In this document: positions 18,980 through 28,369 of the stretch, in pieces
Layout of the letters: each line of letters opens with the position of its first letter
How positions within the stretch are numbered: the stretch's first letter is position 1
Assembly (NCBI GenBank): GCA_021794175.1
Contig: JAJYRI010000004.1
Location: forward strand, 667-64,666
DNA: 64,000 nucleotides
Source: a bacterium
GTDB lineage: Bacteria; Vulcanimicrobiota; Vulcanimicrobiia; Vulcanimicrobiales; Vulcanimicrobiaceae
Direction: 5' to 3'
Notes under the pieces: model-generated
The model's database searches: none
Told to the model about the DNA's origin: nothing
The model's input: only the letters and a program-made list of their open reading frames with translations
Made by a program: the position numbers and the translations under genes

Positions 18980-20271
18980 GGGGTACCCGAGGGGCTGCTC
19001 TGCGGAATCGGGAGGATGCGCATTCCCTCATGGATGCTTGGAAGCGCGCTTGCGACGACGCTATCGCCGGCGGTGAGCCCCGAACGCACGACGCTCTGCA
19101 CGTCGTTGCTCTTGCCGAGAACGACCGTTACCTCATGGGCCTTACCGTTGCGGACAAGCCAGACCTTCGTCTGTTTTTTCACGCGAACGATCGCTGCGGT
19201 CGGAACGACGAGGGCGTGAGGAATGCTGGTGGTGAGAATATCGACGTTCGCGGTCATGCCGTCACGGAGCACCGAGTTGCTTTCGTCGAGAGCGACCGTG
19301 GTTAAAACTTCGCGGGCGGTCGATCCCGCGTCGGTCGAGCGCGTTGCAATCGGCGAGATGCGCTCGATGTGTCCGCGCAACGTAACGTTGGGGAAATCTT
19401 CGCTGGTTACGTTCACCGGCATTCCGAGTTTTATCGCGTGAACGTCTTGCTCGTCGACCTGCGCTTGAACGACGTACGCGCTTCCTTCGGCGATGGTGAA
19501 CATCGCCTGCCCGGCCGAGACGGCATCGCCGGGAAGAATCGTCCGGTTCGCGTCGGTGGGTCGCGCCGCGACGCTCTGAATGACACCGTCGAAGGGCGCG
19601 ACGATGCGTTCGAAACCCAGTTGCTGCTGCGCTTGATCGTTGAGGATCCTCGATTTCAAGGCTTGTGCTTTCGCCGCTTGTACCGAGCTCGTGCCGTATC
19701 CGGTCACCGCGCCGAGTTTCAGTTGTTCGACGGATTGATCGTAAGCAACTTTTGCTTGCTCTTCCTTCGCTCGGTCGGCATCGAGTTGGCTGCGCGGAAT
19801 CGCTTTGTCGGCGTAGAGCGTCTCGTCGGCTTTGAGGACGCGGCGCGCCTCGTCGAGGCTGCTCCGCGCGGTATCAACCCCGGCCTGATACTGTACGCGA
19901 GCGTTGCGTTCTTGGATCGCCGCAGTTTTAACGTTTGCAACCGAGCTCTGATAATCGGCGAGAGCTCCGGCGGCGTTGGCATCGAGCGAAGGATTTTCAA
20001 TCGTCGCGAGCACTTCACCGGCTCGTACGCGGCTGCCGGCCTTTACGTCGAGGGTGGCAAGATTGCCGCCGACTAAGGCGGGGATCGTCTCCATGTGCGG
20101 ATGCATCACGGTGCCGTTTTCGGGGAGCTTCACGAGGAAGGTCGTCGGTTCGAGTTTTACCGTTTTAACGGCCACGGAGTTGCTGGTATGGGGACGGAAC
20201 GCAAGCGCCAGTCCGACGAGAAGAATCGCGACGATCGCGGCGATAACGATAATCCGGGCTTTCTTATTCAT
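18976..20271 (-). CDS. efflux transporter periplasmic adaptor subunit (HlyD/MacA family)
   Basis: N-terminal TM, then lipoyl, coiled-coil hairpin and beta-barrel segments (IVAPFDGVI...). Start and stop overlap with the neighbouring genes. Confidence 0.85.
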   Translation of the reverse strand: MNKKARIIVIAAIVAILLVGLALAFRPHTSNSVAVKTVKLEPTTFLVKLPENGTVMHPHMETIPALVGGNLATLDVKAGSRVRAGEVLATIENPSLDANAAGALADYQSSVANVKTAAIQERNARVQYQAGVDTARSSLDEARRVLKADETLYADKAIPRSQLDADRAKEEQAKVAYDQSVEQLKLGAVTGYGTSSVQAAKAQALKSRILNDQAQQQLGFERIVAPFDGVIQSVAARPTDANRTILPGDAVSAGQAMFTIAEGSAYVVQAQVDEQDVHAIKLGMPVNVTSEDFPNVTLRGHIERISPIATRSTDAGSTAREVLTTVALDESNSVLRDGMTANVDILTTSIPHALVVPTAAIVRVKKQTKVWLVRNGKAHEVTVVLGKSNDVQSVVRSGLTAGDSVVASALPSIHEGMRILPIPQSSPSGTP

Positions 20272-20279
20272 GGTGCTCC

Positions 20280-21695
20280 TTAGTGAAGGTCGGCGACGGC
20301 GCTCGTCGGCGAGAATATACCCATGGAGGTTCGCAAGCGAACGAGCGCATCGACGTAGGCGACGCGGGCCGCGATCAGGTCGTTTTGCGCCGAGATCGAG
20401 GTTTGCTGCGCTTGAACGACATCGGAGAGAGCGGCGACGCCCGCTCGATACTGAAGCTGTTTGATGTGCGCGCTTTCGATTCCCAAGCGCGCTTCTTGCC
20501 GTGCAAAACCGACCTGTGCGATCGCCGCCTTTGCCGCTCGATAGGCGCTGCGTACGTCGCTCAGCGCAACGAGTTTTGCGTTTGCGAGAGCGAGTTCGGC
20601 ACTCTTGACCGCAGCCTCATAGTTGACGCGCGAGAGCCGGCGGGCGCCGTAGTCGACGAGCGGGAGATTGAAGCTCGATACCGCTTGAATCTGCCAGAAG
20701 CCGGGCGTGCCGCGCGGATAGAATACCTTTTTCGGTATCTTCCCGGCGGCGTATTCTGCATCGAGCTGCTGTTGCGTGAAGACGGCGTTGGTCGGTGAGA
20801 ACTGATTTCCGACCGCCGCCGATAGTTGTATCTGTGGAAAGAGCTGCGGCAGCCAGCTCTTGCGGTTGAGATCGGCGACCCGAAGCGCGTCGCGAGCGCT
20901 TGCGATATCGGATCGATTCGCCAAGGCGATCCGCTCGATCTTCTGCATCGACATCGCCGGAAGCGGCGGCATGGGGAGTTGTTTCGGCAGCGCAAACGGA
21001 GTTCCGAGCGGGGCGCCGACACTTTGGCAGAGAGCGTCGAGGGCGTTTGCGACGTTCGCACGAGCGGCAACCAGCGTCGATTCGCTGCGCGCGACGGCAA
21101 CGCGCGCCGAAAGAACGTCGACTCCGGCGGCGACGCCGGCGCGCTCTTTCACGCGAGCGTTCTGCAGGAGCAATCGCTGATAGGTCAGGTCGCCGCGATT
21201 GACGCTCACCATTTCGTTGTCCTGCACGACGGTGTTGTACGCGTTCGTCACCGAGGTCGCTACCTGCGCCCGGGCATTGCGGAGATTCGCTTTGGCCTGT
21301 TCGAGGTTCGCCTTCGACACCGCGAGCTGAATGCCGGCGAGCCCTCCGGTCGTTAACGTGTACTGTGCTTGCAACTGCGCGGTGTTCTGGCTAAAAACGT
21401 TCTGCTGCTGCGCGCCGATGACGGCATACGCACCGCCGTAATTCGAGCTCTTCGACATGGTATTATTGAGCGAAGCGCCCGCGGTCGGTAGATTTTGCGT
21501 TTTTTGCGTTGCGAAGGACGAGCGCGCCGCCGCGACCGCCGCAGCGGACGCCGCGACCGTGGAGTTGTGCGCGAGCGCATAAGCAACCGCTTCTCGCAGA
21601 TCGAGCGGCTGCGGTGCTGCGCCGGCAGGGCCGGCGAAGAGCGCTCCGGCGAGCAATGCCGGAACGGATATCCAAACGAAAAGTAGGCGACGCAT
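20280..21695 (-). CDS. TolC-family outer-membrane efflux protein
   Basis: Signal peptide MRRLLFVWISVPALLAGALFAGPAGA. Two-fold repeated OEP helical pattern. First gene of the efflux operon. Confidence 0.8.
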   Translation of the reverse strand: MRRLLFVWISVPALLAGALFAGPAGAAPQPLDLREAVAYALAHNSTVAASAAAVAAARSSFATQKTQNLPTAGASLNNTMSKSSNYGGAYAVIGAQQQNVFSQNTAQLQAQYTLTTGGLAGIQLAVSKANLEQAKANLRNARAQVATSVTNAYNTVVQDNEMVSVNRGDLTYQRLLLQNARVKERAGVAAGVDVLSARVAVARSESTLVAARANVANALDALCQSVGAPLGTPFALPKQLPMPPLPAMSMQKIERIALANRSDIASARDALRVADLNRKSWLPQLFPQIQLSAAVGNQFSPTNAVFTQQQLDAEYAAGKIPKKVFYPRGTPGFWQIQAVSSFNLPLVDYGARRLSRVNYEAAVKSAELALANAKLVALSDVRSAYRAAKAAIAQVGFARQEARLGIESAHIKQLQYRAGVAALSDVVQAQQTSISAQNDLIAARVAYVDALVRLRTSMGIFSPTSAVADLH

Positions 21696-21707
21696 ACGTC
21701 GCCTACT
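21671..21707 (-). terminator. terminator-like hairpin + U-tract downstream of the Yip1 gene, overlapping the tolC-like start codon
   Basis: The minus-strand RNA reads AGUAGGCGACG-UAUG-CGUCGCCUACU-UUUCGUUUGG. Perfect 11-bp arms at 21697-21707 and 21682-21692. The loop at 21693-21696 holds the ATG. Confidence 0.5.
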
Positions 21708-21740
21708 ACGGGTCAGGTGGAGAAAAGTTTCAGGGAGCGG

Positions 21741-22514
21741 CTACGGGCTCGCCGACGCGCTCGTCGTTGGGGGCACTCCGTTGGTCGCTGCGGGGGGTTG
21801 GACGGCGAACGCCGCGCCGATGATTGCGGGGATGAGGAACACCGCGAGGGCGGCCGCCCAGGCCTTCGGTGCCGTCAGGCGCGCGACGCGCTCCATGAGC
21901 AGGGAGTTGAGCCAGAGTACCCAGAGCGTGAACGGTGTAAACGCTGCGAGGAAGGCGATCAGTTTGATATTCGCCGACGGGATAAGTGCGGCGAGCGAGA
22001 GCGAATTACGATAGATATCCATCACCCCGGTGAATGCATCGGGGCCGCGTAGGGCGAGCACGATCGAGCCGATCAGCGATCCGATTGCGACGACGACGAA
22101 GACGTTCATACTCGCACACCAAAGCTGCTTGAAGGTCGCTTTCCCGCCGAGAATGGCGTTGCAGAGCAAGAGGATGATGGTTGCGATCAATACGAGTACG
22201 AGGATGCCGATCGGCGAGAAGACCCAGCCGAACGCCGATATTTTCAAGCCGATCGCCGCGCCGGTCTTCGCGGCGGCCGCCTGTTGGGGGTTAACCGCTG
22301 CGGCGATTCGTTGCTCGGTCATCAAGCGAGCGATATGTTGCTGGACGGGGCCGCTGGCCAATGCGGCGACGATTGTAAGGATCGAGGAGGCGATGAACGC
22401 CCAACCCCAGGTCTGCTTCTCGGCGAGGCGGTCGAACGCGCTCGCCGGGGCGACGATGGTCTCGACGAGGCTCGAGAGCCCCGCGTTTTCTTGAGGAGGT
22501 GGTGCAGTTGTCAT
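21741..22514 (-). CDS. Yip1-domain membrane protein
   Basis: 257 aa with 5 predicted TM helices after a short cytoplasmic N-terminus (AFDRLAEKQTWGWAF...). This is the usual Yip1/YIF layout. Confidence 0.6.
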   Translation of the reverse strand: MTTAPPPQENAGLSSLVETIVAPASAFDRLAEKQTWGWAFIASSILTIVAALASGPVQQHIARLMTEQRIAAAVNPQQAAAAKTGAAIGLKISAFGWVFSPIGILVLVLIATIILLLCNAILGGKATFKQLWCASMNVFVVVAIGSLIGSIVLALRGPDAFTGVMDIYRNSLSLAALIPSANIKLIAFLAAFTPFTLWVLWLNSLLMERVARLTAPKAWAAALAVFLIPAIIGAAFAVQPPAATNGVPPTTSASASP

Positions 22515-22813
22515 GGCTGCGACTATTGGCGGGCGACGGCTCGGTTCTTGCCGAGAGGAGCGGATCGTCGAGCAGGCAGCCGATCGGCGTCCCCGCTCGG
22601 AGGAGGCGTTCGAGGCGCCCCAAGCGCTCTCGCCTCAGCTCGAGCAGGTGAAGGACGAGAATGTCTCGCGTTCGCCGCAGAGCATGCCAGGAATACAAAC
22701 TTTCGGCCCGCGGCGCCGCGCTCGCCACGGCTTTCGGTCGCCGCCTGGGGTGGTGGGCGATTCCGAGCAGGCTCGCGGCGAGTAGCGCGAGCGTGATAGA
22801 GTATCGGTAACCC

Positions 22814-24565
22814 ATGGGCGTTCCTCCGCCCCTTCATTCCCACGCAGACAGCCGATGTAAAGGCCCCATATTGAAAACGCAGAGTATCTCCGTTCCTAAG
22901 GCTCCCAAAGAGCCGTTCGTTCGCATCGTTCCGCTCGGCGGCTGCGGTGAGATCGGCCGCAACATGACGGTTATCGAGACCAATAACGATCTGGTCGTCG
23001 TGGATTGCGGGCTGATGTTCCCCGACGAGGAGATGTTCGGCGTCGACATCGTCATCAACGATTTTAGTTACGTTCGCGAACGCGTCCATAAGCTGCGCGC
23101 CGTTTTGGTAACGCACGGACACGAAGACCACATCGGCGGCATTCCGTATTTTTTGCGGGAATTTCCGAACACGCCGATCGTGGGAACGGCGATCACCGGC
23201 GCGCTTATAAAGGCGAAGTCGCGCGAACACAAACTCGGCGAGATGCCGCTCGTCGCCGTCGCGCCGGGCGACCGCGTTCGTTACGGCGACATCGAGGCCG
23301 AGTTCGTACACATCAATCACTCGGTCGCCGGCGCGTGTTCGCTCGCGATCCGTACGCCGAGCGGGACGATCTTTCACACCGGCGATTTTAAATTCGATCA
23401 GACCCCGATCGACGGCCGGCCTGCCGATTTTGCCGCACTCGCACGCATCGGCGAAGAAGGGGTGCTCTGCATGCTCGCCGATTCGACGAATGCCGAGCGT
23501 CCGGGGCACACGCAGTCGGAGCGCGTCGTCGGCGAAGCGTTCACGACAATTTTCTCCAAAGCGACCGGACGCATCTTAATCGTCTCTTTTGCATCGAACG
23601 TTCCGCGCATACAGCAAGCGATCGATCATGCCGAGAAATTCGGCCGCAAGATCGCTTTTCTCGGGCGCTCGATGAACAACGTCCTGCACTTCGCTCGCGA
23701 GCACGGCCACCTTCGCATCCCACCCGATATCTTAGTAAAGATCGAAGATGTAGGTAGCCTTCGCGCCGACCAAATCGTCGTGATGACGACAGGTTCTCAA
23801 GGCGAGCCGATGAGCGGCCTCTCGCGGATGTCGGTGCGCGACCATCCGAAATTCTCCATCGACCCCGGCGATACGATCGTCATCAGCGCGACGCCGATTC
23901 CCGGCAACGAAAAAAGCGTGTATCGCACCATTAACAATCTCTATCGCCTGGGCGCGACGGTGATTCACGGGAGCGAAGGGCGCGCCCACGTCTCCGGGCA
24001 CGCTTCGCAAGAAGAGCTTTTGTTGATGCTCAACCTCATTCGGCCGGAGTACTTCATTCCGGTTCACGGCGAGTATCGGATGTTGGTGACGCACGGCCGC
24101 TTGGCGACGAAAACGGGAGTACACCCCGAGAGCGTATTCGTTATCGAAAACGGCGATATCGTCGAATTTACCGCCGAGTACGGCGACAAAATCGGCAAGA
24201 CTTACGGCGGCATGGTGCTCGTTGACGGAACGGGCCTCGGTGAGATCGGCGAGGCCGTTTTGCGCGACCGGAAGATGCTCTCCAACGACGGCATCGTCAC
24301 TGCAGTCGTCGCAATCGATGCCGAAGAGGCGCAGACGATCGGCGTGCCCGATATCGTGACGCGCGGTGCGTTCTACGAACCCGAATCCGAAGAGTTGATC
24401 GAGCATCTGCGCGCGCATTTAAGCGCGATGTTGGCGACGCTTTCGAACGATGCGTTGCGTGACACGAACTCGGTTCGCGAACACGTGCGCGCGACGCTCG
24501 CCAAGGAGATCTTCTCGCGCACGCGTCGCCGACCGGTGATCGTCCCGATCGTAATCGAGGCGTAG
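22814..24565 (+). CDS. rnj: ribonuclease J
   Basis: VRIVPLGGCGEIGRNM, the metallo-beta-lactamase motif THGHEDHIGG, beta-CASP, and HVSGHASQEEL. The start is uncertain: ATG 22814 or in-frame TTG 22871. Confidence 0.9.
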   Translation: MGVPPPLHSHADSRCKGPILKTQSISVPKAPKEPFVRIVPLGGCGEIGRNMTVIETNNDLVVVDCGLMFPDEEMFGVDIVINDFSYVRERVHKLRAVLVTHGHEDHIGGIPYFLREFPNTPIVGTAITGALIKAKSREHKLGEMPLVAVAPGDRVRYGDIEAEFVHINHSVAGACSLAIRTPSGTIFHTGDFKFDQTPIDGRPADFAALARIGEEGVLCMLADSTNAERPGHTQSERVVGEAFTTIFSKATGRILIVSFASNVPRIQQAIDHAEKFGRKIAFLGRSMNNVLHFAREHGHLRIPPDILVKIEDVGSLRADQIVVMTTGSQGEPMSGLSRMSVRDHPKFSIDPGDTIVISATPIPGNEKSVYRTINNLYRLGATVIHGSEGRAHVSGHASQEELLLMLNLIRPEYFIPVHGEYRMLVTHGRLATKTGVHPESVFVIENGDIVEFTAEYGDKIGKTYGGMVLVDGTGLGEIGEAVLRDRKMLSNDGIVTAVVAIDAEEAQTIGVPDIVTRGAFYEPESEELIEHLRAHLSAMLATLSNDALRDTNSVREHVRATLAKEIFSRTRRRPVIVPIVIEA

Positions 24566-24574
24566 TCCCCGCCG

Positions 24575-25408
24575 TTGGGGATACTTCTCGCTCTGGTCGC
24601 AGCCGCCGCATACGGCAGCGCCGATTTTCTCGGCGGGATGGCCGCGCGCAAGGCGGCATTGCTTGCCGTCGCGCTTGGAACCCAAGCGGTCGGGCTGATC
24701 GTCGTTACGATCGCGCTTGCGCTCCACCCCGAGCTTTTTTCGCTCGCCTCGCTTGGGTGGGGCGCGCTCGCCGGGCTCGCCGGTGCGGCGGGTATCGCCC
24801 TGCTCTATCGTGCGCTCTCCATCGGGCGCATGGGCGTCATCTCCCCGGTGACGGCGTTGCTTGCTGCGACGGTTCCGGTCATCTTCGGCATCGTCACCGG
24901 CGAACGTCCCTCTCCGCTTGCATACGGCGGGCTGGCGTTGGCCGCGGTAGCGATCGTCGCGATCTCCGCGTCCTTCGAGAGCGACGGTAGGCGAGAATTC
25001 ACTACCGCGGGTTTGCGCGAAGCGTTGCTCTCCGGCATCGCCTTCGGTGCATTCTTTACCCTGCTCGGATTAACGCGCGACGGGGCGCCGCTCCTCGCGC
25101 TTCTCGGATCGCGCCTCGCTTCGGTGAGCTTGCTCGCTTCGATCGTCGTTGCGACCCGCACGCCGCTGCGCCTTAACGGTGCGACGCCGCTGGTTCTGGT
25201 TGGCGGCGCGCTCGATATGGCTGCAAACTTGCTCTATCTGCTCGCCGCAAGGATCGACGGGCTTGCAATCTCCGCGGTCTTAACCTCGCTCTACCCGGCC
25301 TCGACCGTTTTTCTCGCGGCGGTGATTTTGCGCGAGCGACTCTCGCGAATTCAGTGGATCGGCGTGCTCTGCGCGCTGGTCGCCGTGGGCATGATCGCGG
25401 CGAGGTAG
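24575..25408 (+). CDS. EamA/DMT-family transporter
   Basis: About 10 TM helices in two EamA halves, starting MGILLALVAAAAYGSADFLGG. Confidence 0.75.
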   Translation: MGILLALVAAAAYGSADFLGGMAARKAALLAVALGTQAVGLIVVTIALALHPELFSLASLGWGALAGLAGAAGIALLYRALSIGRMGVISPVTALLAATVPVIFGIVTGERPSPLAYGGLALAAVAIVAISASFESDGRREFTTAGLREALLSGIAFGAFFTLLGLTRDGAPLLALLGSRLASVSLLASIVVATRTPLRLNGATPLVLVGGALDMAANLLYLLAARIDGLAISAVLTSLYPASTVFLAAVILRERLSRIQWIGVLCALVAVGMIAAR

Positions 25409-25453
25409 CGGTCGCCGTGCAGGCCTGCAAACATTCGCATCTTCACGACCTTC

Positions 25454-25789
25454 ATGAAGATCGTGAAGAGTACGCGGAGAATCTTTCTTGCCGGTGCCGC
25501 ACTCGGTGTCGGCGCCGCCCTATTGCCCGGTGCCGTCGTGGTTGAAGCAGCGCCGGCGAGTTCGCCGGCACCGAGCCCGACGCCGGCTCCTCTGCCGACG
25601 CCATCGCCGGCAGCGCTCGATCTCGCACGTTCGATGCGCCGCTTCGATCCAAACCTTAGCGATGCAGAGATCGGCGCTATCGCGCAGGGCATCGAACAGG
25701 GCTACGGTTTCGGAGCGACGTTAAACAAGAACGGAACGGTACTGCAGAACGGCGATGCGCCGGTGCCGCAATTTTCGGTGCGGCCGTGA
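25454..25789 (+). CDS. twin-arginine-signal small protein, putative GatC/AtzG-like partner of the downstream amidase
   Basis: Tat motif STRRIFLAGAALGVGAALL. P/A/S-rich linker. The C-terminus LSDAEIGAIAQGIEQGYGFG...LQNGDAPVPQF resembles GatC. Its stop overlaps the amidase GTG (GTGA). Confidence 0.6.
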   Translation: MKIVKSTRRIFLAGAALGVGAALLPGAVVVEAAPASSPAPSPTPAPLPTPSPAALDLARSMRRFDPNLSDAEIGAIAQGIEQGYGFGATLNKNGTVLQNGDAPVPQFSVRP

Positions 25790-27180
25790 ACGATATCGAT
25801 CTCGCGTTCGCCGACGCATCGACGCTGGGCCGTGAAATTGCCCGGAAACGCATCTCGTCGGTCGAATTAACGAAGCTGTATATCGACCGACTCGAGCGCT
25901 ACGGCGCGCGCTTCGGCGCGGTCGTCACGATCATGCACGAGCGAGCGTTGAAGGAAGCGAAGGCCGCCGACCGCGCGCTCGCGCGCGGCGACCGAAAGAG
26001 CCCGCTCCATGGCGTTCCCTACGGAGTGAAGGATCTGCTCGCGGCGGTCGGCGCGCCGACGACGTGGGGAGCCGCACCCTATCGCGACCGGTATTTCGAT
26101 TTCGACGGAGCGGTCGTGGAGCGACTCCATGCCGCGGGGGCGGTGTTGATCGCCAAACTCGCAATGGTCGAACTCGCCGGAGCGTTCGGGTACAACGGCG
26201 CCGATGCGTCGTTTACCGGCCCCGGAAGAACTCCGTGGAACCGCGACTTTTGGAGCGGTGGGAGCTCGAGCGGCCCCGGCGCAGCGGTCGCCGCCGGATT
26301 GGTCGGTTTCGCGATCGGTTCCGAGACGAACGGGTCGATTCTGACGCCGAGCGCGATGTGCGGCGTCTCGGGCTTACGCCCCACCTTCGGGCGCGTCAGC
26401 CGTTACGGCGCGATGGCGCTGATGTGGAGCTCCGATAAGCTCGGGCCGATGGCGCGGTCGGCGCGCGATACGTTGGCGATTCTGCGCATCGTCGCGGGCG
26501 GCGATCCGCGCGACGACAGCACGCGAAGCGAGCCGTTCTACCAACCGAAGAAGAAGCCGCGCGTCGCCGTCATCGTTGGCGCGCGCAAACAAACGCAAGC
26601 GGCGGTCGTCAAGAATTTCGACGCATCGCTTGCCGCAATCGGCTATGCGGTGACGCTCGCCGACGAAGTGAAGTTGCCCGATCTCCCCTACGGAGCAACG
26701 ATCGGTGCGTTGCTCAACGGCGAGAGCGCCGCCGCCTTCCGCGATCTCATCGAGAGCGGAAAATCGCGCGAGCTGCAATCGCCCGACGACCGCTTCGGCG
26801 GATACGTTCAGTACGAAACGCGCGCCGTCGACTACGTCGATGCGATGCGTCGTCGACGAGAGATCGTCGCCGCGGTCGGAAAAACGATCGCTCCGTACGA
26901 CGCCGTGCTCTTTCCGACGCTGCCGACCGTCGCCTATCCGATCGGCACGCCGTTCGATAAAGTCTATCCCGATGCACCCGGGGCGATCGATCCGGTAACG
27001 CCGGGGAATCTCTGCGGTCTCCCGTCGATGAGCGTTCCGAATGGATTCGGGGAGCATCATCTCCCGACGGGTTTCGGTATGATGGCCAATCCATGGCGAG
27101 AACGCGACCTGGTAGCGATAGCGATGAGCTTTCAAGCGCGTACCGCGTTCCACACGATGCGGCCGCCCGGGGTGGAGTAG
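25786..27180 (+). CDS. amidase-signature (AS) family amidase
   Basis: GVPYGVKDL. AS block GGSSSGPGAAVAAGLVGFAIGSETNGSILTPSAMCGVSGLRPTFGRVS. No N-terminal signal peptide. Confidence 0.9.
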   Translation: MNDIDLAFADASTLGREIARKRISSVELTKLYIDRLERYGARFGAVVTIMHERALKEAKAADRALARGDRKSPLHGVPYGVKDLLAAVGAPTTWGAAPYRDRYFDFDGAVVERLHAAGAVLIAKLAMVELAGAFGYNGADASFTGPGRTPWNRDFWSGGSSSGPGAAVAAGLVGFAIGSETNGSILTPSAMCGVSGLRPTFGRVSRYGAMALMWSSDKLGPMARSARDTLAILRIVAGGDPRDDSTRSEPFYQPKKKPRVAVIVGARKQTQAAVVKNFDASLAAIGYAVTLADEVKLPDLPYGATIGALLNGESAAAFRDLIESGKSRELQSPDDRFGGYVQYETRAVDYVDAMRRRREIVAAVGKTIAPYDAVLFPTLPTVAYPIGTPFDKVYPDAPGAIDPVTPGNLCGLPSMSVPNGFGEHHLPTGFGMMANPWRERDLVAIAMSFQARTAFHTMRPPGVE

Positions 27181-27214
27181 CGGCGCGCGTGCCGGCGGGA
27201 ATTCCGATCGGCTT

Positions 27215-28363
27215 TTAGGCTTCGAGCGCGCGTTCGTACGCGTGCAACGTCGCCTGCGCCGCGGCAGGCCAGGTGAAGGCTTCGAGAACGCGCCGACGCG
27301 CCGAAGCGCGAAGCGCTGCGTCGCGTTCGTATCGGTTCCAAGCCCTCTGCGTCGCGCGGAGAATCGACCACGCGTCGCACGGGTCGCAATAATAGGCCGC
27401 CTCGCCGAAATACTCCGACTCGAAGCCGAGATTGCCGACCACGATCGCCGTGTCGGCGAGTAGCGCCTCGAGCGACGAAAGTCCCGGCGATTCGAACAGG
27501 CTCGGTAAAAGATGAACTCGCGCCGCGGCGTAGAGATGTCGCAACTGTTGTTGAGGAATAGCCGGGTAATAATAGACCGGCGCCTTTCGCCGCGCGCCGA
27601 GATCGCGGAAGCGAGCGAAGATCTCCGGGTCGGTGGCGTCACCGACAAAGACGAGCGGATACTCGGTGTGCTTGAGTGCGAGCAATACGAAATCTTGTTG
27701 CTTTCGCGCGTCGAAACGCGCCGACATGAGTGCAAATGGCGCGCTGCGGAGCTCGGCCGGCACTGCGGTGGGGTCGCCGCCGGAGAATAGGGCGGCATCG
27801 ACGGCGTTCGGCACGACCGCGTGGTCGCAAAAATCGCCGAGGTAGGTGAAGATTGCAGCGAGCTCCATCCAGGAGTTCGGCAAAATTGCATCGAGCCGGG
27901 AGAGGACACCTCGGCATGCCGCCGTCGAAGGGTGTGCGGTCCAGGCCGTCAGCATGGTGCCGTCGACAGTAATATCGACGCTACGTCGCGCGATCTTCTC
28001 TAAGATGTCGCGCGCGTTTTCAATATCGAGAGAGCCGCGGTCGCGGGTGCTCTCGAATAACCAGCGTCGCGCGGCATGCATCCACCGCAGGGTATGGTGC
28101 GGCGCCCAAATCGGCGAGAGGACGACGCGTACGCGTTCGCGCACCGGGGCGAGCAGGTCGAGTTGCCGATCGAGCGCATCGGGTAGATGGAGGCTCGTCC
28201 AGAGGTGGACGATATCGAACGCGGTTTCGCACGCGCGTTGCGCAGGGGCAATCTCGACCTCCACGCCCAGTGCACGAAGTTCGCGGGCAGTCGCCTCCAT
28301 TTGCACGACATCGCCGCCGAAGACGCGGTTGCCGTCTTCGCGGGGGACGAAGAGCACGCGCAT
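27215..28363 (-). CDS. glycosyltransferase family 1 (GT4-type)
   Basis: N-terminus MRVLFVPREDGNRVFGGD. C-terminal PSLFESPGLSSLEAL motif (E-x7-E type). Confidence 0.8.
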   Translation of the reverse strand: MRVLFVPREDGNRVFGGDVVQMEATARELRALGVEVEIAPAQRACETAFDIVHLWTSLHLPDALDRQLDLLAPVRERVRVVLSPIWAPHHTLRWMHAARRWLFESTRDRGSLDIENARDILEKIARRSVDITVDGTMLTAWTAHPSTAACRGVLSRLDAILPNSWMELAAIFTYLGDFCDHAVVPNAVDAALFSGGDPTAVPAELRSAPFALMSARFDARKQQDFVLLALKHTEYPLVFVGDATDPEIFARFRDLGARRKAPVYYYPAIPQQQLRHLYAAARVHLLPSLFESPGLSSLEALLADTAIVVGNLGFESEYFGEAAYYCDPCDAWSILRATQRAWNRYERDAALRASARRRVLEAFTWPAAAQATLHAYERALEA

Positions 28364-28369
28364 CGTGCG

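Noticed and set aside
22515-22813. 300-bp divergent intergenic region between Yip1 and rnj, with a 174-aa minus-strand ORF (22291-22815) and a 90-aa plus-strand ORF
   Set aside because: The 174-aa ORF would overlap the Yip1 gene by more than 200 bp in another frame. There is no SD and no motif. This is most likely promoter or UTR space. I could not identify a riboswitch or sRNA by eye.
22523-23509. 328-aa minus-strand ORF overlapping the 5' third of rnj
   Set aside because: It is antisense to the conserved RNase J metallo-beta-lactamase domain, and no motif is recognisable. It is an artefact of stop-codon-poor GC-rich sequence.
26374-27909. 511-aa minus-strand ORF covering the amidase 3' half and the GT1 3' half
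   Set aside because: It crosses a convergent gene boundary. It is extremely Arg/Ser/Pro-rich (RRSRR-type runs), and it conflicts with two genes that have clear catalytic motifs.
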